This document shows, in pieces, positions 12,386 through 25,558 of a stretch of DNA of 64,000 bases; the first letter of the stretch is position 1, and each line of letters begins with the position of its first letter. A program made the translations under genes and the position numbers. The stretch is from Antedon mediterranea (Eukaryota > Animalia > Echinodermata), in contig NC_092671.1 in assembly GCF_964355755.1 (NCBI RefSeq), forward strand, positions 34,482,304 to 34,546,303, written 5' to 3'. The notes under the pieces are model-generated. The model saw nothing but the letters and a program-made list of their open reading frames with translations. It was not told where the DNA came from and did not search any database.

Positions 12386-15300
12386 ATACCTAATAATAGC
12401 GGCGGCGTTCTTTAACCAGACTAATAATCCTCAAATTATAATATAAACTTGTCAGAATTATGTTTCTTTTAGATAATATCGGTCAAAACACAACGATAAC
12501 CTTCCATTACAAATCAATTTAGTGGTAATCATTGGATTATAGGATTAAATTGATGGTTAATTTGTTAACGAATCTTGCATACAGTCAGTAAAAAACATTC
12601 ACGTTTTTATTGATAGCATCGCCTTGGTACCGAACACTAACATTTAAATTGATTCTGCAAAACCTTGTTAAGGGATTTGAAGATCCAATGTCTCTTTAAG
12701 AACTGAAAATGTAAAATTATTACGTTTTAATTTTATTAGCAATTAAAAAAGGCAGTTATAGAGTAAAAACACAATTACATTTTAATTTCTTCTAAATCGT
12801 TTATTGATTTTTTTTTCGCATGAATTTTTTAAAGTTAGGTTTACTTTAAACCTTCTCTCTCTAAATATATTATTATTTTGTCAACTTTCAACAAAGTTAG
12901 ATAGAAAAAGAAAATCTCTTCTTGTTTACATCAATTCACATTATATATCTAGCATCTAAGCATAATAATAATGTGTGTTTTGTTTAAACTTACATACAGT
13001 AGGATAAATTAAACTTTTAAACGTTTTTCGTTTGCTAATTTTATTATTGAAATTACAAATTAAAAAGTCAAATTATTATCCAAAGGTATCTAGGCCTACA
13101 AGTACTACTATTTCTGTTCTAATCTCTAAATAATTGTTTTGAGATATCATTATGAAGTGAAATTTCATGTTTCTGATTTAATATATACAAAAAAATTATT
13201 GCTTTAATTATTTTTGTATTCCGTCATATCACGCTTGTTGAAAATCATTGTTATAAATATACCCTACATTTTAAGACGAATTTAAAACTAAGTAAAAAGT
13301 TCAAAATGCATAGCTCAATTGACAACGTGATTCTTTTTTTCTTAAATAAATTTCTAAATCGTGGATTTTTTTTGATTTTTTATATATATTATTATATTTA
13401 ACATAAATTGATAAATCATGAATCTTATTTCTAAAATAAATTTAGAAATCTTGGTTCATATTTTGAAATAAATTTCAAAATAATCTTGATTCTTATTCTT
13501 TAAATAATTCATGTATATTGCTTTTTAAAATTAAGTTTTTAAGTAAACACTGTCCAATGCATAAATAAGAGAAAATGTCAAAAAACTAATGTTTCTTTGT
13601 TTAACCATGTACAATGACAACATATAATTCTAAACTAAACTACTTTGAAATTAAACATAAAATACAGTATTACATTTGTACAAGCCTGGGTTTACCGAAG
13701 CATTGCCATTTATTTTGTAAATTTACAAAGTTATGTCGATTTTTGTTGAAACGTGACATTAAAAACATATTACGTTGTCGCGACAAATTTGCTTTCATAA
13801 TATTAAGTTAACTTGTTACCATGAATCTACTGTTATTCGACAAACCGCTGTTTCTCATTTTTTTTTTAATTCTTGTATAAGTATATAGCTCTGCTAGTGT
13901 TTGATGTGGAGATTTACCTGTTTATAGTTCTTTATATTGTGTGACTTGCAATAACTTTTTGCTCTTTCAGATAACAACATCAGTTTTCTTTAAGCGATCT
14001 GCTATATTACACTCTTTTATTTATTTTTTTTATATTTTATATGCAAAACTAAAAGATGTACAGTATGAAATTAAAGTGGGGTGTTTTTTTTTTTATCGCA
14101 ACAACAACATACAGTACGGTACAATATTCTGGGGGGAAAAAACGAAACATTTTTTAATTCAAGTCATCAAAATTTCCATTTGCCAAAAAAGTGTTTTTGT
14201 CAAATAATAAATACAAATTGTTAACCTAATTGCATTCACTATCAAATTGTTACATAATTATGTGTTTTTAAGTTAGAAATTCAATATTTATACCTATATT
14301 AGTTATTTCAAAATATACACACTTAATAAATAGGTAAATCTTTAAAAATTAATCACTTAATAATTTGGATCGATCTGTTAAATCAATAAAAAATTTCTTC
14401 TTTTTCAACAGTGGTGAAACAGACCAAAAGTCGTAAAATAGGCCATTAAAAAAAAGCAGGGTACACGACTTTTTTTGTAACTCGACTCTCAATTAATATC
14501 ATCGAAAAAGCAAAACACCTACCAATGGTATTTTTTGTCTCATTTTTATTCTTTATTGTATTTGGTAAAAAGTTTGAACAAACACATTTTTGCGAAAATA
14601 GCGAATAGTTCCTTACTCTTCCATACTATTCCAGTTTAAATAGTTTTAAGATAACTTCACAATATATTATTATACGGTCTCATTTGAAAAACTTATTTTA
14701 TTTCTATGTATTTTTTAATTTATATTTGCATCATTATGTATTTGTACCATCTTAGTTAATAGGGGATGGTTAAGCACATCATACGATCATTACTTTTTGT
14801 TTTTCTATACACAACATTTTTTTAAAGATTAGAAAATAAAAAAACATATCTTTAGGCATATTCATTCATTTATTTATTTGGTCAAACTTAATTTTAACTA
14901 CAATTCAAGATAGTACAATAAAATCAAGATTACAAGCTAATCAATATTTTTTTTCATGTATGACACTGCACTAAATTTCAACACTGTTCTATTCATCATC
15001 AATTTCTCCATTTTCAGTAAATTTCGTTTTTGTACAACACCACCATCCGTTACCTCTTATAATAATGACTGCAATTATAATAGTTACATACCGATAACAT
15101 ACATTAATTTACGTAATGTTGTTCAAATATTAGTAATAAAGTTGTTAAAGTACCACCGGACAGTAGCCGGCGACCATAGTAGTTTACGTGGGTGATTGAT
15201 GCGCGCCGAGTATGCAAATGATAAATTCGCGCCATAAACCATGCATGAACGTATAACTATTATTGTCTGATGTGACTGATTAAATTACATTCGTAATAAC

Positions 15301-15467
15301 AAACCCGTCATTATTTTCGCTATATCGCTTTGATCGCACTCATCAAAACGTGCCGACACATCATTGAAATACTTGTTTAATACACATATGGAAATAATTA
15401 TTTTCCGATAACCTCGTATATTTTTTTCAATATTATGTTAATGTGAATTTCTTTTATTTTATTGCAG

Positions 15468-16589
15468 AATTTCGGCTCTTGTAACCCACTTGAAATGCTG
15501 GTGGAGACGTGCAAGAACGTAGGGAAAGGCGATCCTGTCGTAATGCCAAAAGCGGCTTCAAGTCAACTTCATGAGTTTGTTCCGCCTCCACTACGATCAC
15601 AACCGGATGCACATCACCATGTCATGGATTCGTCAAGACCAACCGTTCCCAGGCTAGCAACTGCTTTGATTTCACCACTACGACAACCGGTAGCGACAGT
15701 GGCAACATCGTCTGCTCATATGCCAACGTGTTTGCAATATAATCTACCATTAACACCACCCGCAGAAAGTTCAACTGCAAAACATGATTTGTTCCGCAGG
15801 GGGTGTAGATCTTCGTGTTCTTGCGGAACGTCCAGCATGTTTCAAAGACCGTATTATTCACATCTTCGACCATCGGAAATGCCTCTGTATTTACCTATGG
15901 ACACTTGTACATTCCCAGCGCCGAGCCTAGTAAATAAATACATGGCATCTATGGATTCGCTTAGATGTCAACCAGGTCGATGCCCTTCCACGTCATCCTG
16001 TTGTAGGCACTATCCAATAGTTCCCTCTCACACATCTCCTACCAACAGTTTACAATCACTGACGTCATCATCGTCATTACTAGACTATTCTGGTTTCCCG
16101 GCACAACCGGGAGCATGTATATCACCAGCATATATAACTGGTGTAAACGATTTCTTACCGCATGTTGGTTACACTCCGCAAATACCTTTTCATCCTTCAC
16201 CAACTTCAATGTTGTCGAAATTGGCGGCGCGACGATGCAGACGATGCCAATGCCCGAACTGTCAAAAACCAACAGACCCAGCTGATAAACACAAGAAAAA
16301 ACAACATATTTGTCACATTGAAGGGTGCGGCAAGGTTTACGGTAAAACGTCCCATCTAAAGGCGCACCTCAGGTGGCATTCTGGCGAAAGACCATTTGTC
16401 TGCCATTGGTTATTTTGCGGTAAAAGTTTTACCCGCTCTGATGAGTTACAGCGCCATCTTCGAACACATACTGGAGAAAAGAAATTCGTTTGTTCAGAGT
16501 GCGGCAAACGATTTATGAGGAGCGATCATCTTGCTAAACACACAAAGACTCACATTGTGACGAAAAAGAAAGCCACAAAGGATACTTAA
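15468..16589 (+). CDS. Sp5: Sp5/buttonhead-class C2H2 zinc-finger transcription factor, main exon
   Basis: Acceptor cttttattttattgcag|. Sp-box variant [14 protein letters not shown], Sp5-type LPLTPP motif, Btd box [12 protein letters not shown], three Sp-type fingers ([38 protein letters not shown]). Stop TAA at 16587-16589. Confidence 0.93.
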   Translation, partial: NFGSCNPLEMLVETCKNVGKGDPVVMPKAASSQLHEFVPPPLRSQPDAHHHVMDSSRPTVPRLATALISPLRQPVATVATSSAHMPTCLQYNLPLTPPAESSTAKHDLFRRGCRSSCSCGTSSMFQRPYYSHLRPSEMPLYLPMDTCTFPAPSLVNKYMASMDSLRCQPGRCPSTSSCCRHYPIVPSHTSPTNSLQSLTSSSSLLDYSGFPAQPGACISPAYITGVNDFLPHVGYTPQIPFHPSPTSMLSKLAARRCRRCQCPNCQKPTDPADKHKKKQHICHIEGCGKVYGKTSHLKAHLRWHSGERPFVCHWLFCGKSFTRSDELQRHLRTHTGEKKFVCSECGKRFMRSDHLAKHTKTHIVTKKKATKDT

Positions 16590-16961
16590 ACATTATAACA
16601 ATATTTTCTCAAACATTTTCTACTTAACTCAATCTCGCTTTAAACATAATTTATGCTCCATGCAGTCTTGAAATGATTGTTTCACTACGTATATTATGTC
16701 TTCTAATAATCCAAGGATTGAATATCAGTCTAAATTGTACGGAGTGACCCCTGAATCAATTTAATTGGATTGAAATCAATCATTATTCAGTTGAATATTG
16801 TACTTTATCGAGTTATATTGTGTGTCTTATTGGAGGAATTATTCGTCCATCGTTTTAATTAGTCTTTATATAGTTCAGTTAACTATGGTTAAAGTATACA
16901 GAGTGTAATACCTGTGTTTTGAGCGTTTTTATAAATCGTTTAATTTATTAAATTAAGATAT

Positions 16962-16967
16962 AATAAA
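16962..16967 (+). terminator. Candidate poly(A) signal of Sp5
   Basis: AATAAA about 370 nt after the stop, in an AU-rich region. Confidence 0.35.
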
Positions 16968-17166
16968 CAAATATAGTATTGTTAATTTATAAAATTCATA
17001 GCAATTATATCATTCCATGTTTTAAATTTATTGCGTTGTGTTTATTATATGTATGAATTATTGTAACTTTATATACGAAGAAAATATTTAAAATTGAGGT
17101 GTTATGTGTTATCTATATACGCTGCGCACAACGCAAATGCGTATACATTAATGTAATAGGTCTACT

Positions 17167-17316
17167 AATGCTTGGTTCTCACTAGAGAAGAAACACGAGA
17201 ATGTAACGCTACGTAAGTGATTTGACCAATCACAAGCGATGGAGTATTCAAACTGTCTCTTGTCATTGGTCAACTCGCTTACGTTGCGTCTACGTCTCTA
17301 GCTGGAACGAAACTTA
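17167..17316. mobile_element. MITE family B (foldback, ~150 bp)
   Basis: GCTTGGTTCYCACTAG terminus and internal inverted arms (aagtga.ttgaccaat...attggtcaactcgctt). Related copies at 25155-25558, 27472-27574, 31987-32150. Confidence 0.75.
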
Positions 17317-17677
17317 ACGGAAGGAAATGGTGAACCGCAGCGATAACGTCACTAAAATTGATTGTAAGCATAAACAAATACAGATCTCCCTAATGATTTT
17401 ATGGCGTAAAGTTAAACAGACTACGTGTAAATGCTATATGCCAAATCCATACAAACTTTGGGTAAATGCATAACTTACGTTTGAACTTATAAATACGCCA
17501 TAATAAGCATGGAAAAAATAGCGCCACCACACGATTTATTATTATTTCATACCCAACTCGATTGTATTTATTGTTATTTCTTTTATTTTGTAACGAGTGT
17601 ACCGAATATGACCCGTTGGTATGTTTACATTTTGCAAGGCTTTATGACAAAAAAATTACAAAGATTTATTGTTTTAA

Positions 17678-17979
17678 AGATGTATTGCCCCCCCCCCCTA
17701 CCCCACCCAAAAAAGATTAATTATAATTAAATCAAACTTTGAATAGGTTATTTTGTTGTTGTCCCTTCCGTAAACACAAATTCAACTAAAAACCCATTGG
17801 CTGGACTGGAAGCCAATTTGACTATTTTTTGCTTTAAATTAGGCCTACAGTTTTTTTCAGGTAGGCCTAAATACATTTTTTTTTTATTCAATTTTTTTTT
17901 TCAAAGTAGATAACTATTATGTGACATTAAAATGGCATATTCAATAAAAACAAAATTTGTTCAAGGAGACAATACATCT
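17678..17979 (-). mobile_element. MITE family A (Kolobok-like), inverted copy
   Basis: TTAA|AGATGTATTG ... GACAATACATCT|TTAA. Internal sequence is the reverse complement of the 11495 copy. Confidence 0.8.
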
Positions 17980-19929
17980 TTAATTTTGATTTTGACATCC
18001 CTTCAGCAGTTCTAACGACATTTGTCCATTTGGGACGGTCATGTTTTATTTTCATACATTTTTATAGAAATAGAAAAGATTATTTGATTATTCATGTTTA
18101 AACGTTACATGATTATTTTCTTATTTTATTATATCAATTGTATAATTTAGACCGTTTACACAAACCTATGTTATAATTATTAGTGTTAATGTTATATATA
18201 ACAGATTATATTTGAGAAACTGCAGTATTTTGAGTTTAATACCACGTGCTTATTTTAACTGCGTATCACGTGATTATTTTAACTGATCTCCACAAAATAT
18301 CCATTATAATGAATCGTGAATAAATCACCAACCGCATGTTACATCTCACTCGAGTCGGCTTGTTTGTGTAGTCAGCACTTTTAATTACTTTTGATTGCAG
18401 AAATTCTTTTGATGTTTCCCGATTAGCGTTTTATGTCCTGTCCCGTCACTGTCATCGCGCATCCTAATTTTCTTCCATTTTTTTATTTAGTCGAAACGGT
18501 TTTGCATCATTACGTAACATTCCAGTACATTAATAATTTATCCTTATTTCAGCCATTCCTCCAGTGATTGAACAAAGTCTAAAATATATTAATGATATTA
18601 AAACACGTGATAATATATTTCCCTGAACTCGATCGAAATACTGGAGCAATATAATGGAAGGTGGGAAGAAATACTACAATCTGAAAAAAAATCTTATTTT
18701 ATTGTTAACGCCTGTATAAACACAGCAACAAAACTGTCAACAACAAAAAAGATCGTGAATAAACTTTGAATCCGACTTTAGGATATGCTGGATATATTAT
18801 TCACCTTTTCTTAACATTAGCTCCCGGCCCGTAAGATCTGTTCCGGCGATAACTCTTATTGGGAGCTGCTAAATGCGTTACAGAATGGACCTAGCAGTAC
18901 CTCTGCATGATATTCACCATTTATTTTCTGTGAAAGCGCTTAGAAATGTTTGTAGTATGGCCTCTTTGACAATTATCATCAGTTAATATCTATATAATAT
19001 CTTATTTACAAAATGCTAATTCTTGCAATTAATTATTGTTAACCATGAATTTGACATAAATTGTCTACCTTAAAAAAATTGGGTTTTTTTGTAGAATATG
19101 CCATGTTAATGTCACATAATCGTTACCAACTTTAGCCAAAAAATGTGATAAAAAAAACTTATCTTAATCTAAATTATTTTTTAATCCTCATATTTCATGA
19201 CAGTACACCTTTAAATGAGAAATAATAAAATAATTTGTCTGCAGGCAGTAACAGTCACGTCCATTTTAAGAGCTCCGTAGAAATCTATTTACCAGGCCAC
19301 TGAGGGTTCCGATACTCTGAAAGTTTCTTATAGTTGTCACGTAATGGTTCAGCCACACTCTAGTAGCACATTAGGTCAATAGTTTTAAACGGTAGTCTTG
19401 ATGCAAACTGTTTGAAGTTTCGTAGAAGGAATAATATCTGCTTCTTGAAACAAGTACTGTTCTTAAATAATATCTCGATAAATTAGATACATGCTAGTGC
19501 GCCCTCTCTCCTATTAAAACTGTATTAACCAATCCACCGATTGGAAGTTATGTAATCGGATAATAATTAATAATTTTTTTTTCGGGTTTGAAGTAGATAC
19601 TTACAATAATCTTAGGGATGGTGTTGGATCTAGTAGTGGAGTAAATCATTCTCATATTTGTTGTACATTATTTTAGCTGGCTCAAGCGAACCTGAAATGT
19701 GGATAATTCATATGAAGACAACAATATCGGTAAATGTCGCCCCCTGGTGTTTCAAAACTTATTCACAAAAAGAAACTAAAATACTGTACGGTAACTATGT
19801 TCGTACCTTACACCATCCATCTGCTATGGCACGCCACACTGTCATTTATTCGGAAATAAAAAGATATATACAAACTAATTGGATAACTCTAGATATTTCT
19901 ATTGAAAACATTTCTGAATAAATGATAAC

Positions 19930-20260
19930 TGCTTTATTTAAATTAAAATCTAAAATGATAAAGGAATGGAGCGATTTTAAATTTTTTAATTCTTGGTTAA
20001 AATGATTCCATAATTTAGGTCCTGACACTGAGAAACAATTGAAATGCTTACGTTTTCTAATCTTATTCTTATTATGACTATGGTAAAAAGGTTTTTGAGA
20101 GTGATAAAAAAAAAGTACAATTAGTTGTGTAATTTTGATATCCGTACTTTTGTACGAATATCAATAAGACCAATTTGGTACTTATTGATATCCGCAAGTT
20201 TAAGAAATTTGTAAAGTATTATTGGACTTGGATAAAGTAACTGTGAAATGTTCTTTTCTT
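19930..20260 (-). mobile_element. Decayed LINE (CR1/L2 group) ORF2 3' remnant
   Basis: Minus-strand peptides FLKLADINKYQIG and SGPKLWNHFNQELKNLKSLHSF resemble the C-terminal motifs of CR1/L2-group reverse transcriptases. Frame-disrupted. Confidence 0.6.
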
Positions 20261-20819
20261 CAGTTATCAGTTTGTCTTGTGATCTGGTATTATTATATAT
20301 TATGACTATTGCAAAAACAATTTGTTTAAAGAGTGGTGAAAAGTACACAACTATATTGGTTATCACAATCTAAAAAGATAACGTGGAAATGTACTACATT
20401 ATATCATGTTGCAGTAACGCAATAATGGTTTGTGTATCGTCAAAAGGGCACAAGATTGTATGCGTATAAGTCCAGTATTATTACTCCGTTCTATTCACTA
20501 TCGTCGGGATGTCTGTATTTTGTCGATTTAACGTTCATCCTTCGTCTTACGTCTCAAAATGAAAGCCCGCTATTAATATTATACAGCTGCGTTGTAAAGT
20601 CTTTCAAGTGTAAGCGACATAACTTAGAGGGCGCATTCACGATCGCTTTATTAGTTTGTTGTTGCTCCCGCATTACGTTCTCCATAATCGTTATTATAAG
20701 CCACATCTCATTACCGTTGCTTAGCAACATAAATTATAATTCCTCGTATGACTTCGGCATAGAATCGGCGTTGATTGGTATAAGAACCGATTACATTAAC
20801 ATAGCTGCTGCATAATGAT

Positions 20820-21417
20820 GTAGTGACGCAAGCGATATTAGCTTCATCATCATCACAGCGTCGAAAATATCCATTCTAGAGCGCGCAAAAATATCCGCTA
20901 ATGAGTGCTGACGTCAGTAGGTGATTTTATGTATACATTCTGCAATATTCTGACGCAAGGAGCGATTTAATGAAGGTATTCTTGATGCAAACATCGTTCA
21001 ATTTTGGCTACTGACGTAGGCAAAAGTCTGTACACGCATGCCTTTACTTCTCTATCTCCGGCAGATGTGCGTCAAGAAAGCAAAGAGAATGACACTATAT
21101 GGTCACCCTTATTTACTGCTTCGGTATCAACATTCTATACGTATTGTTTCGAAATTAAAATTTCACTTTTGCCAGATTTTATCATTCGACCTCCTCGGCC
21201 GATCCGATGAATACACGTTTATTTGAGCGGAACAAGTTTTTTCAACAGAAACATGGCTCCAGAAACAATAATGCACAAAGGTTATGGAAAACACGCCGAA
21301 AAAATTTCAACCCGGAATACAATACACATTAATACGTTTAAGGCACACCGATATTTCGTGTGTGGCTTTGGGATATTTGGAAAAAGTTTTTAGCGTCGGG
21401 ACGGTGTCTATGTACAG
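20820..21417 (+). promoter_or_regulatory. CRE/ATF-rich distal promoter plus candidate non-coding first exon (probably NR4A)
   Basis: TGACGCAA 20824 and 20951, TGACGTCA 20909, TGATGCAA 20983, TGACGTA 21012. Strong donor CAG|GTAAGA at 21418. Confidence 0.4.
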
Positions 21418-21734
21418 GTAAGATTTCTATACTGAATATTCATTTTTGTTCGGTGAGTCGTAGATTATATTGATAACCTTCAATTCCTATCGTATTTTTT
21501 CGTTACATAATGTATAAAAGTTGCTTTAACAATTTTTGTTTAATGTAGTAAAGTAAAGAATGTGCTGTTCATGTTTTTGTTTAATTTTTATAACGTACCA
21601 CTTTCATGCCGCTTTGCGAAACCAATCGATTATTATACTATAGAAAAACACAAATCATCAACGAGGTAGGTGTACAAAACAGGTGAACTTGCAAACCAAA
21701 CGCTTACCAACAACTCTACGTCTAGTCATGTGAC

Positions 21735-22030
21735 TTTACGCTACGCAACTTACGCTAGCCAAAAACATTACACTAGCCAGTAACTTTACACAAGCCAATA
21801 GCGTTACGCATAGCCAGTAACGTTACGCAAGCCAGTAACGTAACTGTACGCTAGCCAGTAACATTACTTTACGCTAGCCAATAACTTTACGCAAGTAAAG
21901 AACGTTACGCATGGCCAGTAACTTTACGCTAGCCAATAACTTTACGCTAGCCAATAGCTTTACGCTAGGCAACAACTTTACGCTAGCCACTTTCATGCGA
22001 GCTATAGTCAGATACTTTACTAGCCACCTA
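21735..22030. repeat. Degenerate ~18-bp minisatellite (TTTACGCTAGCCAATAAC)n
   Basis: About a dozen imperfect units. Generates the repetitive ORF ANNFTL. Confidence 0.85.
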
Positions 22031-22849
22031 CGCTGCCAACAAGTTTGTAACCACCTATCAAATTCACACTATAACTACAATTACTTTATGCCGCACTAAA
22101 CATTTCAGAAAGATGTTAAGTAAGGCCTAGGCCTAGACGAACTAAATTTTTTCCAAACAAATTTCGACATCTAATTCAAACCGCCCAGATATAAGGATAT
22201 TACATTAAAACGTTGCACCACCAGAACGACACACATGAATAATTGTTATATTTGTGAATTTGGTCTAAATTAGACAATAATGTGCTTAGTTGGTAGGCTA
22301 AGTACAAAAAAAATGTATTTCCGAAATACCGCGCATGGGAAGATATAGGGGCGGGGTTTTACGGCAATATAATCGAAATACTGTTTTCTTCTCAGGAAAC
22401 ATAATTGATTCCTCCATGTTTCTAGTCCTCGACGAAAAGTTTTGAATATGATATTCTAGGATTTATGCGTTTGTTTTCAAACGTTGTCATCCCAATTTGG
22501 ATGTTAACATAGTTTGTGGACCCCTTCGGTGAATATTAGATTCCTAAGCTCGCATATACACCGACCTCGTGCCTATAATAGATATAGTTGGTGACATTTA
22601 TTGACATACATTACAAGTCTCGATTCTATTTCAGTCATTCGTAATATTCATTCTACCAGATGTTTTCTTTTCATGTCTACATGAATGTTTTTTTAAAGAA
22701 ATATGGTAATGTTATGTTAACGATGATGGTTGTGGTTGTGGTAATGGTAACACCACTGTGTTGGTAATGGTTGCAATGGATGGAGACGGTGGTCACTGTT
22801 GGTGTGGTATGGTGTAGTAGATGATCTTGTGTAAAATGGTTAGGGTTTC

Positions 22850-23030
22850 ATTAATGAAGGTGATCCATCCAGCAATTGCTGATCATTAGGGACTCTCAGA
22901 GGTTCGCAAGACAAACATATTCGCAAGGTGCTCTACATAAACAAAGTCTTATTACAAGTCTTTGGGAGTGGAGTTGTAATTTTGTCCTTGGAAAAAATCC
23001 TGACATGTGACGGTACTTGAACCCATGCAA
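22850..23030 (-). mobile_element. Possible tRNA-derived SINE remnant
   Basis: Minus strand begins GGGTTCAAGTACC (B-box-like) followed by a higher-complexity body. No clear A box. Confidence 0.3.
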
Positions 23031-25154
23031 CAATGGTACGGTTATAGTTTTAATGACTATGTATTCGTAAAACGACCGGGCTGTTTGGTGAAATGTGGTT
23101 CAATACATGGTGTTGAACGGATGATGTGACTGATTGTTGACATACTGATGGTCGTAGCTTGATGTGGAGGATGACTGTGTTACGGTGGGTTATCAATGGA
23201 TTGGTAGGATGGTGTGACTGTTTATTAAGATGTAAAATTTGTACTGGCTGGGTAGGCCATTGTGGTCCGATGACGATTACAATTTGGTATTGGTCGGATG
23301 GTTTCCATCAATTGAGTTGAGTCCTCACCGAGTGTTGTATTACCGTAGTACCGTAGTACAGTATTACGTATTTTATTTTCAAATCATTTTAATTACCCTG
23401 AAAATAACAAGAAACAGTTCGCATACACACGGTAATCGGGACTTGCTTTCGAACTCTGATGACGAAATTGAAATTTAACTGGATTACGACGTTGCGGCTA
23501 CCAGCGAAATCGACGCACAATTAAAAAAACCAACATACCCTACACATAATACTATACATAGTGGTTTCGTTGGAGGTCACAACCGACAGATATCCTTCTT
23601 TAGCATGGTTAACATAAGGCCTTACGGTAATTCCGTAAGCAGCAATCTTCCTACTTGTTTGCATCTAATTAAAGGCTTTTAAATTAATTTGAACGCCAGT
23701 TGTATTAGAAAAGTATATCACTCACACATTCCCAGAAATGTAATGTTATTGTTGGGTATATTTAACAATGGTATCAGCCTTTTGCGTCACTTTAATGAAA
23801 GGTTATCTTTTTAGGCCCAGTTTTACGTCATATACCCATCCCCCCTTCACAAGGTTATACATGGCTATTCTAAGAACTTTATAAATAAAGATAAGCCCTT
23901 TCTAAAAATACTACTCGGGTCTCACGTACTGTGTTCATTTAAGCGATACACTATTCAACGAACGATCAAAATTGAATAAACATTCACTTTGCCGATGACG
24001 TCAAAGCCGTCAGTGTGTTTCTATAAATAACACATTCACACACCGGTGTTCCTGTTGTATACACAATATAAGCTATATTTATTGTATTATTGTTTCCTGT
24101 GTAAGTTTAGAAAAATTATCTACAGTACACCGATAGTTAAATCAATATTTTGTACATATTGTTTTTTTTTCTTAACGAAATCTTTTCCCAAAATAATGAT
24201 TTCTTCTCTTTGTTTATGTCAGTGCTACCCGGCCATTTCATGTACTCGCCGTAGGCCAAAGTAGGCTGTCCCCTGTATCGCATATAAAAGGGTTATTTTA
24301 TGGTTTTAACGTTATTATAATCCCCCCCCCCCCCCGCCTTCCCGGTTTTCCGGTAGGACCCCAATGTATGCATTACATCATTAAATGTCCCCATGATCTT
24401 AGTTTTACTCTGTAAAATCAACTGTACGCACAGAAAAATGCCAATTTATTCAAGCAGAATCCAAGTCGCTTACAATTGACCAAATAAAATGTCAATAGTA
24501 CTTCCATATCACGACATAGCTATGTTATGGGGAGGGACGGGATCTTCTTAATCCCCGATACGTACCTAAGTCTTTGCTTCAGTCACCCGACCTCTCTCTC
24601 TCTCCATATGCTGATCCGCCGTCACTGATTAGCATTGAAAAGTTGCATCGTGCTCTCCCTCCCCGAATTGTTCTTTAAACACATTACGCTCCCAATAACG
24701 AATAGCCTCTTTCTTTATTTTAAATAACATGGTTAGGATTCGAACTCATATAAATTAGGCCTACGGTAATTAAAATTAAGTGCTAATGTAACAAAAAAAA
24801 CAGATCACTTCCTTCATTTTAGTCACGTAGACGGTTACAGGCTCATTTTAGATTCGAGGTGTCTAAAAATGACGTACGAATGAAAATCCATCTCTGTCAA
24901 CATTATGTTCGAAAATGTCAAACAAGATTCGCTAATGCTTGATTACGTTGATGGTGGGCGGCAACAAATTACCATCTTCACCACACAAAAAAACAGTTAT
25001 CTGTCTACAACAACCTTTAAATTCTAACACTATATAACTGTGTGAGTTTAAATTTAAAACTGCAAGTTTTTTTCTGATCCAGAGATTAAACCTTCCGGAT
25101 CACTCTACTACCGGTTATTTATACGTACGTACTACGCCAATCGCCGTCCACTTC

Positions 25155-25558
25155 AAACTTAGTTTCCCACTAACGCAATGTGATTGGTCAAATTGCTTGC
25201 GTTGCACGGTTGCCCTTTCGTTGTATCTTACAGTGGGAACTAAAGCTTGGTTCCACTAAGAGATAACACAAGGACTTGTGCGTAACGCAAGCGAGTTGGC
25301 CAATGACAAGCGACAGTTCAGATGATCCATCGTGTCGTGATTGGTCAAGTTACTTGCGTTGCACGGTCGCCCTTTTTTGCATCATATAGTGGGAACGAAA
25401 GCTTGGTTCCACTAGGACGTACGTAACATAAGGACGTATGCGCAACGCAAGTGAGTTGACCGGAGTTGACAAATGGCAAGCGACAGTTCAGATGATCCAT
25501 CTTGATTGGTCAAATTACTTAAGTTGCGGTCACACCATTGCATTGCAACTTAGTGGAA
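25155..25558. mobile_element. Three adjacent family B MITE copies
   Basis: Junctions AGTGGGAAC.AAAGCTTGGTTCCACTA at about 25232 and 25389. Units share aagcgacagttcagatgatccatc and gattggtcaa. Confidence 0.8.

Noticed and set aside
15622-16359. Overlapping alternative-frame and antisense ORFs in Sp5 (similarly 49209-49721 in Sp6-9)
   Set aside because: Shadow ORFs with no recognisable motifs.
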